NCBI RefSeq assembly: GCF_000008385.1
Contig: NC_006833.1
Coordinates: 180,001-212,000 of the forward strand
Source: Wolbachia endosymbiont strain TRS of Brugia malayi
GTDB taxonomy: Bacteria > Pseudomonadota > Alphaproteobacteria > Rickettsiales > Anaplasmataceae
Reading direction: 5' to 3'
DNA length: 32,000 nucleotides
The position numbers and the translations under genes are program-made. Under the pieces are notes generated by a model that worked only from the letters and a program-made list of their open reading frames with translations, was not told where the DNA came from and did not search any database. Below, piece by piece: positions 1 through 9,446 of this stretch. Every line of letters begins with the position of its first letter. Within the stretch, counting starts at the first letter, position 1.

Positions 1-1102
1 CTTTTGCCTTCTTACCGAGCTCTGATATCACACGCTTAGTGAGGGATTTTCTGATTTGCTCAACAACACGATTATTCTGCAGTGTTTCTCTGCTGATATT
101 AAGGGGCAAATCTGGTGAATCGACAACACCTTTCAAGAAACGTAAGTATTGTGGTATGATTTGTACATTATCTTCAGTAATAAACACCTTATTTACATAT
201 AATTTTACAGAGCAACGTCTATCTGGGTGAAACAAATCGAAGGGTTTAATAGAGGGAACATAAAGCAAATTTGTATATTCTATCGCCCCTTCATTTTTAT
301 TATGCAATATCATCCAAGGCTCTCCGCCAACATGTGCAACACCACGGAAAAAATCATTATGCTCCTCTTGAGTAACGTCATTTTTTAGCTTAGTCCAAAT
401 TGCAGCCTTGCTGTTTAGTTTTTCACTTTTTCCTTCTTCATCTATAAATTCAACAGGAAAATTTATGTGATCCGAATAGGTAGTAACAATGTTTTCAATG
501 CGAAATTTGTCTAAAAACTCATTCTCTTCAGGACGCATAACCAAGGTAATTTTCGTTCCACAAGGGATTTGATTATCCAACTTACTGATTGAATATTCTC
601 CATCTCCTGTAGATCTCCAGACCCAAGATTCCTCTTCCCCTGCCTTTCGAGATTCAACTATCACCTCTGAGGCAACCATGAAGCTTGAGTAAAACCCGAC
701 ACCAAATTTTCCGATCAGTTCTACAGCTTGGCTTGAATCTTTGCTATTCTTAATTGCATCCAAGAACTTTTGCGTACCAGAGCTCGCAATTGTACCGAGA
801 TTACCTATTAAATCCTGTCTGCTCATCCCTATTCCATTGTCGGTTACATACAGCTCATTCTCATCTTTGTTAGAGCTAATAGTGATTTTTAACTCACCAC
901 TTGAATCTAGCAAATTAGGGTTTAGTTGAGATTCATAGCGCAATTTATCGCATGCATCTGATGCATTTGATACCAACTCACGCAGAAAAATATCTTTATT
1001 AGTATAAAGTGAATGAATTACTATATTCAGTACTTTTCCTACCTCAGCATCAAATTTTAAATTTTCAGTTCCTTTTACATTATGCATTTTGAGCTCCATC
1101 AT
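1..1102 (-). CDS. htpG: Molecular chaperone HtpG (Hsp90 family), N-terminal part, truncated by window edge
   Basis: Not in the ORF track because it runs off the edge. My reverse-strand translation from ATG at 1102/1099 gives [58 protein letters not shown]...[23 protein letters not shown]...[20 protein letters not shown], diagnostic Hsp90 GHKL ATPase motifs. Confidence 0.96.
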   Translation of the reverse strand, partial: MMELKMHNVKGTENLKFDAEVGKVLNIVIHSLYTNKDIFLRELVSNASDACDKLRYESQLNPNLLDSSGELKITISSNKDENELYVTDNGIGMSRQDLIGNLGTIASSGTQKFLDAIKNSKDSSQAVELIGKFGVGFYSSFMVASEVIVESRKAGEEESWVWRSTGDGEYSISKLDNQIPCGTKITLVMRPEENEFLDKFRIENIVTTYSDHINFPVEFIDEEGKSEKLNSKAAIWTKLKNDVTQEEHNDFFRGVAHVGGEPWMILHNKNEGAIEYTNLLYVPSIKPFDLFHPDRRCSVKLYVNKVFITEDNVQIIPQYLRFLKGVVDSPDLPLNISRETLQNNRVVEQIRKSLTKRVISELGKKAK

Positions 1103-1237
1103 TTGCCTACTACCCTAATGATTTAAGTATTGAACTATGACCTTTCAAGGTCACATACACCAAAATTAATGCAGCTATAATTATTGTGATACCCAATCTA
1201 TAGAATTTCCTTGCATAACAAACTTGCGGCAGCACGT

Positions 1238-1695
1238 TAAAAAAACTACTTGACAAACCTCGCTAGCCCCCTTATCCCGATACTGGAGGTATTAAGTTAC
1301 CTTCAATCTGTGCAGATTAAAATAATAAAGTGTTATATAGTTAGCATCTTATGTTTAATTTTTTGCACTATATGTACCTTATGTCTTCACAATATTTCTA
1401 ATTTTTTACCTATATAAGTTGAAACTCGCTTATAAAGCGTTTAGGACAGTATAATATACTAATTTGCAGGATTAGAGAGTAAATACTATCACCATAATAT
1501 ATCTTTTGCCTTTTTTTTGCCTAGTAAATTTCTAAAACATTTATGACTAAAGGTTAGTTGCAATAAAAAACAACTAAGTCGCGATTACTAAGTATTTAAA
1601 ACATAAAAAAACGCTAGTGTTTTTAAATAGATATTAACTAGGGCTTCTTTTGTCTTTTTCTTACTTGGTGGATTTCTTAAATATTTGTAGCTGAA
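1238..1695. repeat. Dispersed intergenic repeat, copy A (tail appears duplicated)
   Basis: Shares blocks such as 'aaaaactacttgacaaacctcgctag', 'tgcagattaaa...atagttagcatcttatgtttaattttttgcactatatgtac...ttatgtct' and 'aggattagagagtaaa.actatc' with 30506-30808 and 16162-16460. Confidence 0.8.
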
Positions 1696-1879
1696 GCGAT
1701 TCAAGAGCACGCGACTTAATGTCAAGCCTTTAGTTCAAGTTATGCAAGAAATCTGTTGTATAATTAAGTACTTTTTTAAATTGTAAAGGTAGGTTATCTT
1801 TATATGGCTTGTATCTAATTCGTTTACTTTAGGAGTGTTAATAGAAGTTATCACGGATTCTCAAGTTTTGTTACCTGCT

Positions 1880-2880
1880 CTAATCCTTTACTTATGCTTT
1901 AATCTTGACTTCAAATTTTATTGAAGTGCTTGCTCCGCTGATAGCCATTTACTACATCAATTTTTAAACCAGGACTTCCGTAACTAAAAGATTCACCAGG
2001 TTGAACATTATATTTTTTACTATTGATATTTAAGTTGACCACATTGACAATATTAAAGAGAGGTTATACTTTGCTGCAGGTTTTACTTTATCTCAAGGTT
2101 ATTGTATGCAACATTAATGTTAAGAGCTTTATCTTGATAATAAAAAGCCTCTCCTGGTCCTAAATTGAATTCCTTTCCTTTTATACTTATGAAATAACTC
2201 TGATCCATACTCTTTTGTTGCACTTCATTATTTGACATATCTCTTTGAATACCTTCTTTCATGCCACGAGCATTCTCTACACTCCTTTCATCTTCACCTA
2301 AAAGTGTTTTTCTAATACTCTCTTAACAAAGCGCTTCAGAAGACTCAAAAACCCTTCTTTCTTTTTGATTTTCTTGTGGCTGAGGCACACTATCCCCTTC
2401 TCACTCGACTTAGGTTTATTGCTGGATTTCTTTTCTGTAGAACCTTTACCTATTGAAAAACTAACAGCTTGTGATTTAGGCTTTTGTGAGGTTCGAACTC
2501 CCGTATTTACTGATGACTGTGTCTCTGTTTGCACAGAAGTCTCTTTTTGTCTACTTTGCTCAAAGTCTTTACCTTCTATTGTGGCCTTCTTCGGAGTGTC
2601 TTGGAGATTCTCTGTTACTTTTTGGTCATGCAACTTTTCCACTTCTGAAAATACCCTTGCCTTTACACTGGTGGTCAAGCTCAACAATCCTTTCAAAACC
2701 TTGATGTACTTTTTCAGCTGAATGGCTCTTTCGACTTTCAAGCTTCTGATTCAATTCAGCAATGGTCTTTACTTTACCTTCTAATGAAGCTCCTTCTGGA
2801 AAAAAGGACCTGGAGAACACTTAAAAATATCTTTAAAATTTTTCCATACCCTTTTGAGACGTGTTTTTAACCTTAACCAT
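1880..2880 (-). pseudogene. Decayed gene of unknown function with Lys/Ser-rich region
   Basis: Overlapping frame-broken ORFs 2626-2820 and 2298-2741. Reading continues in another frame as ESIRKTLLGEDERSVENARGMKEGIQRDMSNNEVQQKSMDQSYFISIKGKEFNLGPGEAFYYQDKALNINVAYNNLEIK*. ATG at 2880 (MVKVK...). Confidence 0.55.
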
Positions 2881-3052
2881 ATCTACCTACTAATAAAACA
2901 TATAATAACTAGTATAATAGCCCATTATGCAAAATGGTTAACACAACTTGCAATAAAGAGTGTTTCTTTCAAACCACCAAGGGCATCATATTTACATTTT
3001 TTTCATTAAAATGTTATTTACTTATTAACTTAAAATACGTAACAATGTAGAA

Positions 3053-3691
3053 ATGAAAAACAGCCCATTAGCAGTAGTATTCGATTGGGACAACACCTTA
3101 GTTGACACCCAAGACAATATTTTTAATGCCATCCAGCATACTTTAAACTCAATGGGGCATAGTAATAAAGCTGCTGATAGAAACTCCCATGAGTCAAGAA
3201 AAAGCTATATGGTCAATTTATTTGGCGATCAGTGGAAAAAAGCAAATCAGATATACCAACAATACTTAGATAATGCACTATTGCAAAACATTACTCTAAA
3301 TCAAGGAGTAGAGAAAATGTTGCAGACGTTAAAAAGCCACAATATTTATCTAGCAATAGTAAGTAATAAAAAAAATATTAATTTACGTGAAGAAGTTACC
3401 TATTTTAAACTAGATTCTTACTTTAAAAGAGTAGTTGGTTCATGCGATACCGCAGAAGATAAACCATCTGCAATCCCATTGTTGTTTGCACTAGAAGAGA
3501 GTAGATTGCCTATAGATAGAGAAAACGTGTTTTTCGTTGGTGACAGCATCACGGATATTCTGTGTGCACAAAACGCCAATTGTTTACCTATTATATATGG
3601 CCAACCAATAAGTGGTTATGAAGATTTGTTATGTTTTCAACATTTTGATAAACTTACAGATTTCATAATGAAGTATTTGAAAGATAGATAA
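3053..3691 (+). CDS. HAD-IA family hydrolase, phosphoglycolate phosphatase-like
   Basis: 212-aa ORF with HAD motif I (VVFDWDNTLVDT), motif II (VSNKK) and motif III/IV (FFVGDSITDILCAQNA). Confidence 0.88.
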   Translation: MKNSPLAVVFDWDNTLVDTQDNIFNAIQHTLNSMGHSNKAADRNSHESRKSYMVNLFGDQWKKANQIYQQYLDNALLQNITLNQGVEKMLQTLKSHNIYLAIVSNKKNINLREEVTYFKLDSYFKRVVGSCDTAEDKPSAIPLLFALEESRLPIDRENVFFVGDSITDILCAQNANCLPIIYGQPISGYEDLLCFQHFDKLTDFIMKYLKDR

Positions 3692-4185
3692 TGAACTCTG
3701 TTATAGAGATTACCAGTATAAAAAGGCGCTTTTGTGCATATTTAATAGATATGGCAGTTTTATTAATTCCAAACTTATTGATTATAATATTGTTAAAGAA
3801 TTTTCCATTAATTTTAGATCTATTATATATGTGTGTAAATTGCAGTTACTTCACATATTTTATATCCTCAGCAGCTCAGGCAACTCCCGGTCAGCAATTA
3901 ATGAACATACATACCATAAGCCTAGACGGTTCTAAAATAAACTTGAGTTTAGCATTCGATAGAAGCATTTCTCAATTTTTTCTTCATCTATTAAACAACG
4001 TAATAGCTATCCTCATCGAGCTTTTCCAAGAACAAAACGAGTTAGTAAGTGCTTTAATCATACTGGGAGTAATTATGTTGCTACTCACTATCTGCTGGTA
4101 TTTGGTTGCTTGCTTCTCTCAGGAAAAACAGACATATCACGATATGCTATTTGATACGATTGTTGTGAAAGGAGCCATCAAATGA
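3691..4185 (+). CDS. RDD family integral membrane protein
   Basis: IKRRFCAYLIDMAVLLIPNLLIIIL...TPGQQLMNIHTISLDG... matches the RDD-family pattern (RhhAxxID, PGQxxxxI); multiple TM segments. Start abuts the upstream stop. Confidence 0.82.
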   Translation: MNSVIEITSIKRRFCAYLIDMAVLLIPNLLIIILLKNFPLILDLLYMCVNCSYFTYFISSAAQATPGQQLMNIHTISLDGSKINLSLAFDRSISQFFLHLLNNVIAILIELFQEQNELVSALIILGVIMLLLTICWYLVACFSQEKQTYHDMLFDTIVVKGAIK

Positions 4186-4266
4186 ATTGATATCACCCTC
4201 ATTATTATATAGATTATACTGATAGATTAATTATAGAAGATATCAATAAAGGAGATAGTAAAGCAT

Positions 4267-4735
4267 TTGAACAAATTACTAACCGGTGAGTTGACTTCTT
4301 CTGTGCGCCAGTATCTCCCGCATTCTTTAGTTCTCAAAGATCATGGGATTAATAAACTTGCAGAAAAGATGAAAAACGAACTTAATGAAGAACTTGAGCA
4401 CGCAAATAAGCTGGCAGAAAGAATTTTATTGCTTAAAGGTGTACTAAACTTTCAAGACACAAATGAGATCTCAAAGTATGATAGGAAATTCATAAAAGAT
4501 ACAATACGGAAAATCTTAGAAGATAACTTAAAATTAGAAAGAGAAGGAATAAAAGATTACAAGGAGGCAATCTCTGTAGCTGAAAAGGAAAGGGATTTTG
4601 TCAGTGCAATCTTATTAGAAGAGCCATTGAAAAATGAAGAAGAGCACTTCCCATTGGATTGAAGAGCAGATTAACCTCATTGAGCTTATAGGTGTTGAGA
4701 ATTACCTAAGAATGCAAACAAATATAGAGTGTTAA
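4267..4735 (+). pseudogene. bfr: Bacterioferritin-like protein; apparent frameshift near the C-terminus (track ORF 4267-4662)
   Basis: MNKLLTGELTSSVRQYLPHSLVLKDHGINKLAEKMKNELNEELEHANKLAERILLLKGVLNFQ...DLKLEREGIKDYKEAISVAEKERDFVSAILLEEPLKNEEEH. After an extra C in CCC at 4650-4652 the canonical C-terminus resumes in the next frame: HWIEEQINLIELIGVENYLRMQTNIEC* ending 4735. Confidence 0.85.
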
Positions 4736-5352
4736 AAAAAATAATATTTATTTTAATTATACCTTGCTTACTTCTTTTTTTATTAGGGTTGTGGCAGTTG
4801 TTTAGGTTGAACTGGAAGAATAATATTATCCAAAATATGAGTCTTCCAGTTGTTCATTTATTGCCTAATAATGACCTTGCACAATTTAACTACAGGCATG
4901 TCAAAATTGACGGGATTCTAAGTGACATAGAACTATATGTCTTTGCAGGGCAGAGCGGCTATCATGCACTGTCTCCCATGCTACTCACTACTGGACGTTA
5001 TATGCTAGTGAACAAAGGAATAGTCAGAGAAAAAGAAGAGAAAAAAGCAAAAATTGCAAAAGTAGTCGCTGATGGAGTTTTATACTGTGATAGCAGTAAA
5101 AGCAAAAGTTGGTTAATTAAGAATGATATTGCTTTGAATACGTGGTTTACTCTAAGTACAGAAGAAATCTCCAACGAATTAGGTATTGAGCTAGAGAAGT
5201 GTATACTATGGCAGAAAGGTTTCAGCGGAAAATTAGCTATACAGCCAATGAAGCATCTGGAGTACGCGATAACTTGGTTTGCGCTTTCCTTGATTTGGTT
5301 AATTATGTGTATAGCTTATTATAGACAAAATAAATGCCATCTAAGTAGCTGA
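4729..5352 (+). CDS. SURF1 family protein (cytochrome oxidase biogenesis)
   Basis: N-terminal TM; FRLNWKNNIIQN; NYRHVKIDGIL; YHALSPMLLTTGRYMLVNKGIV; C-terminal HLEYAITWFALSLIWLIM, the SURF1 architecture. GTG start overlaps the restored bfr frame. Confidence 0.88.
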   Translation: MLKKIIFILIIPCLLLFLLGLWQLFRLNWKNNIIQNMSLPVVHLLPNNDLAQFNYRHVKIDGILSDIELYVFAGQSGYHALSPMLLTTGRYMLVNKGIVREKEEKKAKIAKVVADGVLYCDSSKSKSWLIKNDIALNTWFTLSTEEISNELGIELEKCILWQKGFSGKLAIQPMKHLEYAITWFALSLIWLIMCIAYYRQNKCHLSS

Positions 5353-5399
5353 TCTCACTTGGTTATAAACTGAGATAACAGAGAAGAATTAAAGAAATG

Positions 5400-7118
5400 T
5401 CATTCATCCATATCACTGCTAATGTCCTTTATCATACTATAATTACCTTTCCTAAACTTACTCTTTAAAGATGCAACTCCACTTTCACTAATTCCACTTA
5501 AGCTCAATGCTGCTCCACCTAATTGCAACCCCATCTCGGATGTCTCAGGAATAATCTTGCTAGCTCCCAGATCTTTATACACCTCTGCATTACTTAGATC
5601 CGGTAAACGTATTATAATATTTACATGTGGAAAATTTGTTGCAACCAAAGAAACAATCTTCTTTATAGTAACTTCGTTCTTTATTGAGATCACAAGAGCC
5701 TGGGCTCTTCCTATTCCTACTGATTTTAAAATTTCATATCTTGTAGCATCTCCAAGATATATAGGAAAGCTGTCACTCTTTCCTTCCTTAACTATTTTTG
5801 ATTGAATATCCACAACAACGTAACTTAAATGCTCCGCAGTAAGCATTTTTGTTACCATATATCCTACCCTACCAAACCCAGCAACTATTACATGGTTATA
5901 AAGATCTTGTGTATCTGTCTCAACAGCTTCATCATCTAGTATTACTTTTTCAGTGCTAAATGAATTTACTATCCAGTCTCCAAGTCCTGACAAAAGAGGA
6001 GTGAAAGCCATAGTTACCGTAGTCACCATCATAAGCACTTGAGCGATTTCGCTTGGTAACACATTTAATTCATCTGCTAAACGAAATAGAATAAATGCAA
6101 ACTCACCGCCTTGTGCAAGCAGCAACCCAGCTTGTATAGCAGGGGCACGCTTAAACCCAAAGAATCTACACAACATATATATGATAGATGTTTTTAAAAC
6201 TATCAGGATAATCGACAACAAAGTAATTAGTGGCAACTTATTGAGCAAAAGATCTATATTGATAGACATGCCAACAGTCATGAAAAATAAGCCGAGTAGC
6301 AAATCTTTAAACGGCAATACTGCATGTTCTACTGAGTGCCTATGCTCTGTTTCCGCAACTAATAATCCAGCAACAAATGCCCCTAACGCCATCGATAAAC
6401 GAAATTGCTCAGTAATAAATGCTGCCCCTAATATTATTAAAAGCGTAGTTGATATAAAGACCTCATTACTTTCCATTCTAGCAATAATCGAAAATAAAGG
6501 CCTAAGTAATAACCTACCAGTTATAAATATCATTACTAATGCAATAGCTGCTTGTAATAATGAACCTGTTAATGAACTTATCAGACTATTTTCAGAGTTA
6601 CCAGTAAGTAGAGGCACTAATACTATTAACGGTACCACTGCAAAATCTTGCATTAATAGCACTGCTATTGATAACCTACCAACTTGACTTGCTTGAGAAC
6701 CTTTTTCCTGCAGAACCTGTAATACTATTGCTGTTGAGGATAATGCAAGTCCGCCACCAATAACTGCTGCCATGTTTGTATTCACTCCAAAAGCAAGAGC
6801 AATGCACCATATTGCTACCATAGTGACTATAACTTGAAGGGAACCGAACCCAAATACATGAATGCGCATGGCAATAAGGCGTTCAAACGTCAATTCAAGA
6901 CCTATAATGAACAACAGAAACACTACGCCGAATTCTGCAAAGTTATCCATTGCCTTGGCTGAATGTATTAGATTAAAACCATGAGATCCAATCAATGCGC
7001 CTGCAACAAAGTAACCAAGCACTGGGCTGATATTCATTTTCCAAAATGCTATGACTATAAAGACAGCAGCGGAGAGTAAAATTATAATATCAAACAAATG
7101 CTGAGAACCGCTGTGCAT
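5400..7118 (-). CDS. CPA2 monovalent cation:proton antiporter (KefB/KefC-like) with C-terminal TrkA-N domain
   Basis: Multi-TM domain (GYFVAGALIGSHGFNLI, VVFLLFIIGLELTFERL, ALGAFVAGLLVAETEHRHSVEHAVLPFKDLLLGLFFMTVGMSI) followed by a Rossmann-like NAD-binding domain (HVIVAGFGRVGYMVTKML). Confidence 0.93.
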   Translation of the reverse strand: MHSGSQHLFDIIILLSAAVFIVIAFWKMNISPVLGYFVAGALIGSHGFNLIHSAKAMDNFAEFGVVFLLFIIGLELTFERLIAMRIHVFGFGSLQVIVTMVAIWCIALAFGVNTNMAAVIGGGLALSSTAIVLQVLQEKGSQASQVGRLSIAVLLMQDFAVVPLIVLVPLLTGNSENSLISSLTGSLLQAAIALVMIFITGRLLLRPLFSIIARMESNEVFISTTLLIILGAAFITEQFRLSMALGAFVAGLLVAETEHRHSVEHAVLPFKDLLLGLFFMTVGMSINIDLLLNKLPLITLLSIILIVLKTSIIYMLCRFFGFKRAPAIQAGLLLAQGGEFAFILFRLADELNVLPSEIAQVLMMVTTVTMAFTPLLSGLGDWIVNSFSTEKVILDDEAVETDTQDLYNHVIVAGFGRVGYMVTKMLTAEHLSYVVVDIQSKIVKEGKSDSFPIYLGDATRYEILKSVGIGRAQALVISIKNEVTIKKIVSLVATNFPHVNIIIRLPDLSNAEVYKDLGASKIIPETSEMGLQLGGAALSLSGISESGVASLKSKFRKGNYSMIKDISSDMDE

Positions 7119-7123
7119 GATAT

Positions 7124-7696
7124 TTAACCTGTAGAATTAGACCATTTAATTGAGCAACCAATACTTGATTTTTGGTTAATGGGAGAATTACCAGTTTCTG
7201 CAATAAATTTCATAGCTTGAAATAAATTACTACTCCCTATCTCATAGTTCTGGATTTTTTCTTTTTTTGCATCGTTAAAACGTCCACGATAGCAGAGATT
7301 TAAATTAGCATTAAAGCCAAAGAAGTCAGGAGTGCAAACAGCACCATACTCTTTAGCTACTTCCTGTTTACTGTCAATCAGATATGGAAATGTAAACTTA
7401 TTTTCCTTGGCAAAATTAATCATATTTTCAAAGGAATCTTCCGGGTATTCATTTACATCATTTGGCATTATTGCAATAGTATTCACCTGATAATCCTTTT
7501 TTAACAAATCAACATCACTTATCAAGTTACTAATAATTGATTGAACGTAGGGACAGTGGTTGCATATAAACATTACAATAAAACCATTTTTTCCACAACA
7601 ATCACTTAATGTATAGTATTTGTTATCCACCCCCAGAAGATTGAAATTCTTTGCAGTGAAGTTAAAATCTACCTTAGGAGTATTCAGAGTAACCAT
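7124..7696 (-). CDS. Thioredoxin-like / AhpC-TSA family redoxin
   Basis: 190 aa; MFICNHCPYVQSIISNLISDV and YGAVCTPDFFGFNANLNLCYRGRFND are typical of this redoxin subgroup. Only 5 bp from the antiporter ORF, so probably co-transcribed. Confidence 0.85.
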   Translation of the reverse strand: MVTLNTPKVDFNFTAKNFNLLGVDNKYYTLSDCCGKNGFIVMFICNHCPYVQSIISNLISDVDLLKKDYQVNTIAIMPNDVNEYPEDSFENMINFAKENKFTFPYLIDSKQEVAKEYGAVCTPDFFGFNANLNLCYRGRFNDAKKEKIQNYEIGSSNLFQAMKFIAETGNSPINQKSSIGCSIKWSNSTG

Positions 7697-7804
7697 AGCT
7701 TAGAGAATATTACAATCTATAATTTACGATCTTATTACTTAAATGTCAAACAGTTCCTGTGTATAATATTTGCGTCTCCTTTTTTAGTATTACAATTAAA
7801 ACTT

Positions 7805-8422
7805 ATGTTCATAACTTTTGAAGGAATAGACGGCTCTGGTAAAACAATACAGTCTGAGTTGCTTGCAAATTATTTTAAGCAAATTCACGGTGAAAACAAT
7901 ATGGTATTGACTCGAGAACCAGGTGGCACTGACTTTGCAGAAAAGGTAAGAGGGATACTGCTTAAGGACAGCATCGATCCCGTCTCTGAACTCTTGCTAC
8001 TCATCTCAATGAGATATGAGCATGTTAAAAAAGTAATACTGCCAGCTCTAAAAAAAGGAAAGATAGTGATTTGTGACCGGTTTATCGATTCAACTATTGC
8101 ATATCAAGGATACGGACTTGGTGTTGACCTAGAGCTAATACGAGACCTACACAAGTTAGTAAAAATTAAATACCCAGATACCACATTTATCCTAGATATT
8201 GATGTTCAAATTGGGCTGAGCAGAGCAATGGATAAAAACAAATATGAAGAGATGAACATTAGTTTTTACAATAAGGTTCGAAAAGGATTTCAAGAAATAG
8301 CTATAAATGAGCCTGATAGGTGTAGTATTATAACTGAAATTGAAGCTAAAGATAACAATCAAGTTCATGTTGAAATTGTCAACAAAGTCACTGCAACAAA
8401 GCCGGTTTTGCTAAGAAAATGA
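7805..8422 (+). CDS. tmk: Thymidylate kinase (dTMP kinase)
   Basis: MFITFEGIDGSGKTIQSELLANYF (P-loop), TREPGGTDFAEKVR, ICDRFIDSTIAYQGYG. Has the expected length of ~205 aa. Confidence 0.96.
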   Translation: MFITFEGIDGSGKTIQSELLANYFKQIHGENNMVLTREPGGTDFAEKVRGILLKDSIDPVSELLLLISMRYEHVKKVILPALKKGKIVICDRFIDSTIAYQGYGLGVDLELIRDLHKLVKIKYPDTTFILDIDVQIGLSRAMDKNKYEEMNISFYNKVRKGFQEIAINEPDRCSIITEIEAKDNNQVHVEIVNKVTATKPVLLRK

Positions 8423-8503
8423 AAAGTAAGGCCAACTTCAACACCGTTTATAGAAAATAACCATCTGTCTACACTTAAGTCATTCTCCACACTTAAACTT
8501 TTC

Positions 8504-9233
8504 CTAATTTGCCTTTTCTTTTTTATCTTTTTCAAATAATGCTGTTTCAAATTTTAAATTGTTAACAACCGCACTAAAACATCTATACCTGATACATATA
8601 TTTATATGTTTGTTTATGCAATAATTAATGCCCACTTTTAATTGATATGCAAGCTCTACTGATGCTTTTCTAAATATTTTCATCTTTGTTGCACCAATTC
8701 TAGTTCCAACATAAGAAGAAAAAGAAAAATCATCACTTTTCCAATGACGATAAATGTTTGCTATTACAGATTTGCTTTCAACTAGATTGTAGTCAATAGG
8801 AACATAATAAAGAGCTGCTCTTAAACCACCTACTGGTTCTTGAAGTTTTTTCATGCAATATACAGTCACCCCTTCTGTTCCAGGATCAATATTGCTCACT
8901 TTATATTAGAAGAATATATTTCTTCTAATTCAGTTTTGTAGTTGCATTAAGTAGCCAAATGCCATACTTGCAGCAAAAGGTGGACTATAGTTCAGCTATG
9001 TTTATCCAGGTGATACAATTCTTCTGGTGTATCTCTACCATCATTCCAAAAATCTGTTGCAATTCTATAATTAACATCTTCAGATCTTAATTTTAATTTA
9101 CCCATGCTGGCAAAAAATCGACTATAATATCTGCCACTCAGGTAAAATCCTTTTGTTTCACTTGCACCAGACTGTCGTGACAACAACAAAGCAAGAGTTG
9201 TTATTAACAATGTTTTTTATCAATTATTATCAT
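8504..9233 (-). pseudogene. WSP / Surface_Ag_2-family outer membrane protein, frameshifted pseudogene
   Basis: ORFs 8992-9210 (GASETKGFYLSGRYYSRFFASMGKLKLR) and 8504-8899 (...YVGTRIGATKMKIFRKASVELAYQLKVGINYCINKHINICIRYRCFSAV) are separated by a segment that in another frame reads NYSPPFAASMAFGYLMQLQN. An ATG at 9233 (MIIIDKK) is out of frame with the signal-peptide-like LLITTLALLLS. Confidence 0.65.
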
Positions 9234-9446
9234 TTCACTATTAAATAAATTATGTCAATCCTATTATTAGCTAGACAAATAAAGAACTTGCAAGATTACT
9301 CAAAGCTGCAGCTATAGGCAACAAAGCAATTTGTTTTTCTACTTTTGAGAATTGGTATTAGTTTAACATTAATTAACTGAAAATTGTTTAATATAACCTA
9401 TATGGAAAAAAGTAGAAAAATGGAAGGTATGCTGTAGAGAGCACAT

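Noticed and set aside
2365-2721. Plus-strand ORFs 2365-2721 and 2486-2704
   Set aside because: Antisense to the Lys/Ser-rich minus-strand frame that continues coherently downstream after a shift; no recognisable motif.
5557-6687. Plus-strand ORFs 5557-5805 and 6181-6687 (168 aa)
   Set aside because: Antisense to the well-supported CPA2 antiporter; composition reflects mirrored codons of the membrane protein.
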